From: a virus
Lineage: Duplodnaviria > Caudoviricetes
Length of the DNA: 51,719 bases
Strand: one strand, 5' to 3'
Virus record (IMG/VR): IMGVR_UViG_3300029258_001571
Span: 1-51,719 of that record
This document shows positions 44,417 through 51,719 of this stretch, in pieces (within the stretch, counting starts at the first letter, position 1; each line of letters starts with the position of its first letter). The notes under the pieces were generated by a model. The model made no database searches. It saw only the letters and a program-made list of their open reading frames with translations, and was not told where the DNA came from. The position numbers and the translations under genes are program-made.

Positions 44417-45045
44417 TGAGTGAGCTTCTGAAGCGTATACCTGAGTTTCCAAACCCGGATAGCTATGGTATACAAGATGAGGGCGCACTTAGGTTTTGCA
44501 GGGACCTGTATGCCGCTCTCCAGGACGATGCTGGCATGAGGCTTGAGGACTCATACAACCAGGCAAGGCCACGCTTCATGTTCTCGTCATTTATGAAAGC
44601 TGATACAACAATAAATGATGATACATGGACTGAGGTCACTGGATATCAGGACAATGGCTCTGACTCTTCAGTGGTAAACATAGGCGAGGCATTCGACCCT
44701 ACCACAGGCAGGTTCACTGTGCCAGAGTCTGGATACTATGCTTTCTGGGCATCAGTTCTTTATAAAGACACGAATATGGTAGCGGACAAAAGGGTTCTGT
44801 GTACCATTATAGATGGGCATAACCCACCAACGGGAATCTTTGCCAGGGATGATCGACACACGTCCTTTGCTGAGTTCATTATGACAACTTGTGGGGGTAT
44901 TGGGCACCTATTGCAAGGGGATATCATCAGCCTGTATGGGCTTCAGAAAACCGGGGCGCAACTTACGATGAGAGGGACTGCGTTTTCAACAACAAATTTT
45001 GCCGGGTATTACCTTGGTGGGTCGGTGGCCCCTTATAACGGGTAG
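44416..45045 (+). CDS. C1q-like domain tail protein
   Basis: NIGEAFDPTTGRFTVPESGYYAF...L.QGD.I...FAGY. Confidence 0.75.
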   Translation: MSELLKRIPEFPNPDSYGIQDEGALRFCRDLYAALQDDAGMRLEDSYNQARPRFMFSSFMKADTTINDDTWTEVTGYQDNGSDSSVVNIGEAFDPTTGRFTVPESGYYAFWASVLYKDTNMVADKRVLCTIIDGHNPPTGIFARDDRHTSFAEFIMTTCGGIGHLLQGDIISLYGLQKTGAQLTMRGTAFSTTNFAGYYLGGSVAPYNG

Positions 45046-45047
45046 GA

Positions 45048-45464
45048 ATGATAAGTAAATACCTCACCGAAGCTGAGTATTACTGCCGATGTGGGGATCC
45101 CCACTGCATGAGGCATCCATTCGACCACACGTGGGGAGCGTATACTAGGCTTTTTTCGGCGTATGACGCTACTAGAGAGGCTTGGGGGCGTCCACTATAC
45201 GTAAGCTCAGGGTTTAGGTGTCCTTGCCACTCTACGGGCGGCAGGTTGTCAGTCCATAGGTTCGGCCTTGCTCTTGACTGTGATGTAAGCAGTGACAGCG
45301 AGGTAGACGATCTGTATGAGATTATAACTAGCATTGACCCTGCCTTGAGGATTGGAAGATATTACGGAGCACAGACGTTCATACACATAGACGTTGGCTT
45401 TCTCATCCTGCCACGGGTTAAGTGGCAGTGGCGAGAAGGAGCCAGATGGGTTATTCGAAAATGA
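45048..45464 (+). CDS. peptidase M15 family Zn peptidase (endolysin candidate)
   Basis: CRCG, SSGFRC, SVHRFGLALD, FIHID. Confidence 0.85.
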   Translation: MISKYLTEAEYYCRCGDPHCMRHPFDHTWGAYTRLFSAYDATREAWGRPLYVSSGFRCPCHSTGGRLSVHRFGLALDCDVSSDSEVDDLYEIITSIDPALRIGRYYGAQTFIHIDVGFLILPRVKWQWREGARWVIRK

Positions 45465-45961
45465 ACACGATCAAGAAATACACGACGATTAAGAAATTTA
45501 TCCCGACTGAAGAGAAGATCAACAAGCTTGCTAACAAGCTGTTATATGAGCCACTGTACCTGGATGATGCTTACAGAAGCCCAGACAAGGTCAAGGAGAT
45601 GCTTACATTCTACATGTATGGCAATCCAGGCCTGCTGTTTGAGTTCAAGGACTTCTCCGGCATTCTCTGGTTCGTGAATATAATTCCAGAGTATCGGGCT
45701 GATGTGATCTTCAAGCTCTGGAACAAGAAGCTGTATGGTCCTACATTTGCACGTGAATTGAAAAGTATGTTTTCGATGTTCATGAAAATGTATAGGATCA
45801 AAAGACTTTCCCTGCAAACACCAAGTGATCGAGGAGCCGCCTTGGCTAAAAGGATGGGCTTCCAGATAGAGGGTAGGCAGAAATATGGATTCAGGTGGAA
45901 CGGAAAGCTGATGACAAATATCATGTTGAGAAAAGTTGTAGACAAGAAGAGGAGAAAGTAA
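45461..45961 (+). CDS. GNAT-fold acetyltransferase-like protein
   Basis: A..LAKRMGFQIEG..K; typical position before ejection genes. Confidence 0.7.
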   Translation: MNTIKKYTTIKKFIPTEEKINKLANKLLYEPLYLDDAYRSPDKVKEMLTFYMYGNPGLLFEFKDFSGILWFVNIIPEYRADVIFKLWNKKLYGPTFARELKSMFSMFMKMYRIKRLSLQTPSDRGAALAKRMGFQIEGRQKYGFRWNGKLMTNIMLRKVVDKKRRK

Positions 45962-46411
45962 ATGGCATTTCTAGCACCTGCACTTCCTGCCATCGGTGGG
46001 GCTGTTGCATCATGGGGGCTTAACCAGCTTTCTAAATCAGGGAAGAAAGACAAGACAGGGAAAAGTGGTGAGTATCTGTGGGAGACAACACAATCTCCTG
46101 AGGAACGTGCTGCGTACAACAAGATCCTTAGCGCATTTCAGGACAAGGCATTCTCTGAGAAATGGGGAGAGATTCCTAAGTTTGCACCAGTGCCGGGACA
46201 AGCACACCTGGCAATGAATGTCATTGGTGGAGGATCGCTTGGTCGCCAGTTCGCCCCAATGAATATGGGCATGATTACTGGTGGTGGTATGGGTAGCCCA
46301 TTCGCACGAGCGGGAACAGCACCCCCTGGTGGGGGCATGCCTCCACAACGTATGCCATTGAGACCTGGGCCAGCTAAGCCTGGGTATGGTGGCAATCCCT
46401 GGATGGTATAA
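45962..46411 (+). CDS. putative ejection protein (Gly/Pro/Met-rich)
   Basis: hydrophobic Gly/Ala N-terminus; position. Confidence 0.5.
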   Translation: MAFLAPALPAIGGAVASWGLNQLSKSGKKDKTGKSGEYLWETTQSPEERAAYNKILSAFQDKAFSEKWGEIPKFAPVPGQAHLAMNVIGGGSLGRQFAPMNMGMITGGGMGSPFARAGTAPPGGGMPPQRMPLRPGPAKPGYGGNPWMV

Positions 46412-46626
46412 TGATTGATCCGAGATACATACTGAAGGATCATTGGCTGGCAAACCTGGCCCCCAAGAACCCTACGCAGACTATGTATCGGCGATTTAAG
46501 CGTGGCTTCACTGGTCCATTCAGAAGCAGGTTCGATGACCTGCAGGATGATTTTGACAAGAAGATGGATGATGCCCTGAAGACACCGTATACAAAGAACC
46601 TAGACGTGGAGTTTGAAAATGGGTAA
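46411..46626 (+). CDS. hypothetical protein
   Basis: TAATG coupling. Confidence 0.5.
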   Translation: MIDPRYILKDHWLANLAPKNPTQTMYRRFKRGFTGPFRSRFDDLQDDFDKKMDDALKTPYTKNLDVEFENG

Positions 46627-47224
46627 GCCTGCATGGTTTGATGCAAGCACATACAACTGGTCACCGCACATGGGTCACCACTACGATCCATGGTCGCAGG
46701 AGGCTCAGTCTAAAGTTGGGCAGCAGTGGTACAGAGACCCCAAGTGGGGTGGACACGTAATTTGGAACCCGGACTATGGGTTCCAAGACCTGCGATCCGT
46801 GCAGGACTTCTATATAGGCTGGGACCAATCTAAGCCATGGAAGCAGGCATTCAAGAAGGCTGGCTTTCAGCAGCAGCATAGTGATGTTGGTGACTGGAGT
46901 CAGTATTACAATGACCCTGAGCACAGAGTTGTATCTCACCAGGAAAAAATGCAGAATCAATATGGGAATGCCTGGGGCCAACCATGGTCACAGCCATATG
47001 GCCAGTACGGTCAATATGGTGGGAATTATGACTTTGCACCACCAGGCGAATATTCGCCACCGGTACCTGATGCCACGCCACCAGACACTACGTCTCGAAA
47101 TGTCACATCTGGCATGCAGAAGAGAAGCAACACGGCCCAGGCTGGATATGCACCTGGAAGTGGAGTGAATCCATGGGCAGAGGAAGCTAAATACTACAAG
47201 GGTACAAAGGGATTCGGAATATGA
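46619..47224 (+). CDS. Gln/Trp/Tyr-rich putative virion protein
   Basis: GGAG RBS; low-complexity QYG repeats. Confidence 0.55.
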   Translation: MGKPAWFDASTYNWSPHMGHHYDPWSQEAQSKVGQQWYRDPKWGGHVIWNPDYGFQDLRSVQDFYIGWDQSKPWKQAFKKAGFQQQHSDVGDWSQYYNDPEHRVVSHQEKMQNQYGNAWGQPWSQPYGQYGQYGGNYDFAPPGEYSPPVPDATPPDTTSRNVTSGMQKRSNTAQAGYAPGSGVNPWAEEAKYYKGTKGFGI

Positions 47225-48060
47225 TAAGCAAAGATTATCTACAAGGATATGGAGGTGGGTCAACTGGAGCCTCAAGTCGCGGGATGATGACGCCGATGAA
47301 CATTGCCAAGAAGACAATGTCCGTACAGCCCAATGGAGGATTCAAGGAAGTGGTAGAAGCCAACAACCCCTGGGGGCAGGCAGTTCCCCCCGAGTATACC
47401 TATGGTGGCATCCAGAATCTGCCACCGGAGTGGAGCTTTGCAAGCAATGCCTACGGTCAGATGTTTGATCAGATGGGCATGCCTGTTGATACATCCGGCA
47501 TCTTCGATAAGGCTATGGCTGCGGCTCAGCCAGCACTCAACGAGAAAGCGGCTGAGCTTGCTGAGCAGTATGGGCTGAGTGGCCTTCGCTGGTCCGAACC
47601 TCTTGGAGATGAGATCACAAGAGAGACTGGGCGCATGGTAAGCAATGCCGCGTTACAGCAAGCCATGGCTGACATACAGGCTCAGGAAGCTGGGCGATCA
47701 CGCATGCTACCGGCTGTAGCCGGGGCGGCTGGGATGGGAGACAAGTTCTGGAATGCACCATTCCAACTTTCAGATGCGATGATGAATCAATCGGCAATGT
47801 ACCAGGCAATGAACCAGAGTGCTCTCGACTCGTACTACCGAAATGCAATGAACCCTTATGAGCAGGCACTGATGCAGATGTTTATGAATACCGGACACAA
47901 CCTGCCCATGTATCCACAAAGTGGGTGGGAATCTGCTGCTGGTGGTGCGGCCCCGTATCTTGGCGATGCTGTAAACGGTATCATCAATAATCTGTGGGGT
48001 CCTCCATCGACACCGCTGGTGGATGACTCTATGTTTGAAATGCCTGGACCTATTTACTAG
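47221..48060 (+). CDS. putative ejection/DNA transfer protein
   Basis: Ala/Gln/Met-rich helical protein; position. Confidence 0.55.
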   Translation: MISKDYLQGYGGGSTGASSRGMMTPMNIAKKTMSVQPNGGFKEVVEANNPWGQAVPPEYTYGGIQNLPPEWSFASNAYGQMFDQMGMPVDTSGIFDKAMAAAQPALNEKAAELAEQYGLSGLRWSEPLGDEITRETGRMVSNAALQQAMADIQAQEAGRSRMLPAVAGAAGMGDKFWNAPFQLSDAMMNQSAMYQAMNQSALDSYYRNAMNPYEQALMQMFMNTGHNLPMYPQSGWESAAGGAAPYLGDAVNGIINNLWGPPSTPLVDDSMFEMPGPIY

Positions 48061-48069
48061 GAGACATAA

Positions 48070-49182
48070 ATGGCTGGACCTACAATCAATCCTATACCGC
48101 TTATTCAAGAACAGCAAAAGAGCAATCCGTTCTATAACCCCCTTGGGCCTGGCATGGATGCTGTATCTGGCATACGTGCCATCATAGATGAACAGCGTGA
48201 TTTAAAGGACAAGGAGTGGGCCAAGGGACTCAAGGAACAGGAGATGGCTCTTGAGGAAGAGAAGGTTAAAGCCAAGGCTGTGCATGACAGGGCCATGGCT
48301 AAATACTATGACGCTCAGGCTGGCAAGCCATCTGAGAAGAAGGTGATTGACTATCGTATGGAACTTGCTAACCGTATGTTGAGACAAGGAAAGTGGACAC
48401 CAATCCAAGCTGACCACTACGCCATTGATGGCGAGTGGCCGGAGGAGGAGTATGAAGTACCGGAGAATGTTGCACCACTTTTGTGCATGCTTACTGGGCT
48501 TGATATGACACAGTGGAAAGATCTACAGCCTGATCAGCAAAAGCATCTGTTTGAAACAACATTCTCGAATCAGATCGACATGAATATGAGGCTCCAAGAG
48601 TTCATAGAGAAACATGGACTTACAAAGATGTGGGAGAAAGAGTCTCCGTTTAGTCCAGAGCAGATTTCACAAACAGTAAATATGATCGATCGGCAAACAA
48701 CCAGTGACCTTGAGGAGCTTGGGCCAAATATTCTTACTCTCGATGGTAGATCTAATGAACAGTTTGCAATGTCCCATGGGTATGATGCCTTGCTTGGCCA
48801 CGACTATGCTGTATTGATGCAAATGGCCCATCAGAACCCCATGCTGCTGAGTCCAAAGCAAGCAGATGATCTGACCTCAGCCCTGTATACTGTCGACATG
48901 TTTAGGGAATACAGAAAGAAACATCAAGATGAGACATGGGAGCAATTTATAACCCATAAAGATGACAATGGTGTCTTGTATGTTAAGTCTCTTGATAAAG
49001 AGGGGTATGACACAAAACTTCTTGAAAGATATTTCCGTGCATACATTGGGATGGTACCTGGGGAACCCGTAAAGCAGACTCAGGTGTCTAAGCTGGTGAA
49101 GTTTATAGACGAAAAAAAACAAGGATTGCTTGAAGGCATAGCCGGAACAGCCCTTGGCGTTATCCTTGGTAAAGAAAAATAA
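48070..49182 (+). CDS. putative ejection protein
   Basis: AGGAG RBS; charged helical protein; position. Confidence 0.55.
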   Translation: MAGPTINPIPLIQEQQKSNPFYNPLGPGMDAVSGIRAIIDEQRDLKDKEWAKGLKEQEMALEEEKVKAKAVHDRAMAKYYDAQAGKPSEKKVIDYRMELANRMLRQGKWTPIQADHYAIDGEWPEEEYEVPENVAPLLCMLTGLDMTQWKDLQPDQQKHLFETTFSNQIDMNMRLQEFIEKHGLTKMWEKESPFSPEQISQTVNMIDRQTTSDLEELGPNILTLDGRSNEQFAMSHGYDALLGHDYAVLMQMAHQNPMLLSPKQADDLTSALYTVDMFREYRKKHQDETWEQFITHKDDNGVLYVKSLDKEGYDTKLLERYFRAYIGMVPGEPVKQTQVSKLVKFIDEKKQGLLEGIAGTALGVILGKEK

Positions 49183-51719
49183 TGTCACAAACAAGACAGG
49201 ACCGCGTACTTAAAACCCTCCTTGAGCTTGAGGGTATCCATCAACGAGAGTCTGTGGAAAGGCTGGAGGGTGGCTCTGGTGAGACCCCGGAATCTCCGCT
49301 GTCTCGCATTCCTAAGATGCGGTCTAAGAACGATGAGATCCTTTCCGGGCTTGACAGGGCATGGAAGAGAGAAGCAAGCCAGTCTATCGTGGCCCAGGGG
49401 CCACGGGTTATGCCTGAGGATAAGCAACCTGGCCTACCAGCAAGAGCCTGGGATTGGGCCAAGGGTGCTGGTGGGGATGCTCTTGATTGGGTGAAAGGGC
49501 TTCCGGGCGGAGCACTCGAGCTTGGGGAAGATGCACTTGGTGCAGTTGGTGACTTCTTTACAGGCCTGTGGAAAGGCGGGGAAATACCGGAGGAGTATCT
49601 CCACGAGGACGGATCATTCAATGTTCAGAAAGCCCGGAAAGAACTTGCAAAGATTGATCCAATTAGGTCTACAGCCAAGACACCGTTAGATCCTGTGTTT
49701 GACCACGTTAAATGGGTATGGGACCAGATCAATCCAGGCACTGCTGTTACTGGATTCATGGACACTATGGCTGAGTATGTGTGGGGAGGGCGCAGTGTTA
49801 CCAACGACCTTGCTGAGATTGCATCTAAGAAGACAGGCTCAAAGGTGTATACTCAGATATGTGGCTTCTTATCTGCATTCCTACCACTCGCAGATGCCGC
49901 GTATTCACTTGGAATTATAGACGAGGAAGAATACAGAAAGATCCCACATAAGGGTGAGATCGTCAAGAGTCTCGTGAGCTTGTCTCCAGTCCGTGGCGTG
50001 AGTGAACTCATCTCAGGTTTCATGTATAACATGATAGGCAAAAGCCCAGCACTCCAAGAGGCTGGCAAGGCTGCTGTAAAGGCAAGCCCAGTTGGGATAG
50101 CTGCAGAGGCTTTGGGATTTGAGCCACAAGGAGTACCACCTACAGGTGAGTCTGTGATGAAGGGCACTGAAGGCCCAGGTTACGGCTCAATGACCAAGAA
50201 GAAAGCCGCCGCTGAGGCGCTTGCGGCATCCATAGGTCTGCCTGAGCCTGATTACAGTAGGACCCTAGAAGAAAGATCGCCGCTACAGCAGTGGATGAGT
50301 GAGCCGCTTGAGGGGCTGAAGACTGCCGAGCAATTTATCATCTGGCCATTCGCAGCCCTACATGACTTCGTCGCCGATCCACTTGGATTCGCAGCAGACA
50401 GACCACTAGATCTTCTGTTCCTTGCTCACATGGGACTGCTATCCACTCCAGTTAAGGCATTGAAGGGACCTGCGAAAAATGCAGCGATGAGCCTAAGGAA
50501 TGCATATGCAAAGGGAAGCATCGAGATTCCAATTTATATCCAGGTGCTAAGGCAGGCATTCGGACAAAAGGCAAAAGTTAAATGGGACGCCCTGAAAGAC
50601 AAGCTGGCTAGAGAGAATCCAAGTGGAGTGATCCCACTTAACAAACGAGCAGAGTGGATCAAACCACCAGACATCCCGGAGAGCCGGTACCGTCCAGCTG
50701 ATATAGGTGCCAAGCTGAAGGAGCCGTCTGCCAGGGAGAGGGCAACTGCCGACTGGTTCACTGAGGAAGTGACGGCACGTGACGTACCTGAGGGTGTGCA
50801 TCAAAGGCCATTCATCGGCAGACGCCCGTCATTTGAGCCTGGAGAAATGCAGAGGGTTGATCTGCCAGATGGTACTGCATTCAGAGTACGGGCACCTAGC
50901 CAAGAAGCAGCCAAGCTGATTGTCATGGATTATGTGGCTGAGCACAATCTGTACCAGCGCACGGGCAAGCCGGTCAAGTACCCACCTGAAGTTGAGATGG
51001 TTGAACGTCCGCCTGGCATACCAGAGGAAGCTCCTATGCCTGAGCCAAAGGGACTCGGGAGAAAATCCCTAACTGAATTGAGGGAAGAGGGAGTTAAGGT
51101 TCCTAAGTATAAGCTGACCAGCAAGCCATGGAACAATGTGATGCCAGGTACAATCATATACCGAGGGAAAGAAGGGTATATGGTGACCGATGTGTACCGC
51201 AGGAAGGTTCCAACCAGAGAGGGTACGCAAGCTGGCGAGTGGATGTACGAGGTTGAACGCTATACCGACAAGCCAGGTGCATCCGGTGAGCAGATGCTGT
51301 TCGACTCATACGACATGAATGATCTGTTTACCGTGAAACCAGCAGCTGAAGCCAAGTCGATCAAGAGATCTGGTGTTGACACTGGGGAAAGGGCACCATC
51401 TGCTTATAGGGAGTTTGAGGAGGGTGCATCTTGGGACAAGTCTATCAGTGAGGCCAGGGAATACTCTACATGGGAAGCCCTTGGCGAAGGCAACATGCCA
51501 AGGGGTATGGATTTTTACAGCCTGAAAGACCAGAGGATCATGGATGCCACTCAGATGATGGATGAGGGCATCATTCCCAAGGAGAGCCGCCAGAGATCAG
51601 CAGCCACGCAGATGAAAGAAGGGGAGATAGCCCCTGATGCCAAAACTAGGTGGGAATTTGAGGCAGAGGCTCCAGAGGGATACGAGCTTATTATCAATGA
51701 GCCTGGCCAGGTAATGAAA
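49182..51719 (+). CDS. N-terminal part of the ~1730-aa large virion protein (continues at position 1)
   Basis: TAATG-coupled ATG 49182 (MSQTRQDRVLKTLL...); absent from the ORF track, consistent with no stop before the contig end. Confidence 0.8.
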   Translation, partial: MSQTRQDRVLKTLLELEGIHQRESVERLEGGSGETPESPLSRIPKMRSKNDEILSGLDRAWKREASQSIVAQGPRVMPEDKQPGLPARAWDWAKGAGGDALDWVKGLPGGALELGEDALGAVGDFFTGLWKGGEIPEEYLHEDGSFNVQKARKELAKIDPIRSTAKTPLDPVFDHVKWVWDQINPGTAVTGFMDTMAEYVWGGRSVTNDLAEIASKKTGSKVYTQICGFLSAFLPLADAAYSLGIIDEEEYRKIPHKGEIVKSLVSLSPVRGVSELISGFMYNMIGKSPALQEAGKAAVKASPVGIAAEALGFEPQGVPPTGESVMKGTEGPGYGSMTKKKAAAEALAASIGLPEPDYSRTLEERSPLQQWMSEPLEGLKTAEQFIIWPFAALHDFVADPLGFAADRPLDLLFLAHMGLLSTPVKALKGPAKNAAMSLRNAYAKGSIEIPIYIQVLRQAFGQKAKVKWDALKDKLARENPSGVIPLNKRAEWIKPPDIPESRYRPADIGAKLKEPSARERATADWFTEEVTARDVPEGVHQRPFIGRRPSFEPGEMQRVDLPDGTAFRVRAPSQEAAKLIVMDYVAEHNLYQRTGKPVKYPPEVEMVERPPGIPEEAPMPEPKGLGRKSLTELREEGVKVPKYKLTSKPWNNVMPGTIIYRGKEGYMVTDVYRRKVPTREGTQAGEWMYEVERYTDKPGASGEQMLFDSYDMNDLFTVKPAAEAKSIKRSGVDTGERAPSAYREFEEGASWDKSISEAREYSTWEALGEGNMPRGMDFYSLKDQRIMDATQMMDEGIIPKESRQRSAATQMKEGEIAPDAKTRWEFEAEAPEGYELIINEPGQVMK
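51576..51719. repeat. copy of bases 1-144
   Basis: exact sequence identity. Confidence 0.97.

Overview
The window is a complete, circularly permuted genome of a tailed dsDNA phage, probably short-tailed (podovirus-like). It is 51,575 bp: bases 1-144 are repeated at 51576-51719. The plus strand carries a tRNA array (24.5-28.0 kb), then portal, scaffold, capsid, beta-helix fibre, tail, lysin and ejection-type genes, including a ~1730-aa ORF crossing the contig ends, followed by membrane/lysis genes and the terminase. The minus strand (23.5 kb down to 5.8 kb) carries early and replication genes: an L7/L12-CTD-like protein, ArdC-like, GP88-like, SSB-like, Cas4-like nuclease, SF4-like helicase, resolvase, DEDD exonuclease, HAD phosphatase and Nmad1. 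The stand-out system is an RNA module. A Ro60/TROVE gene is preceded by two structured ncRNAs under their own promoter. A third member of the same RNA family, with compensatory base changes, sits inside the tRNA array. That array holds 24 tRNAs covering all 20 amino acids at about one per codon box, plus two further non-tRNA structured RNAs. I recognised no DNA/RNA polymerase, primase or integrase. All family calls and folds were made by eye; no searches were run.
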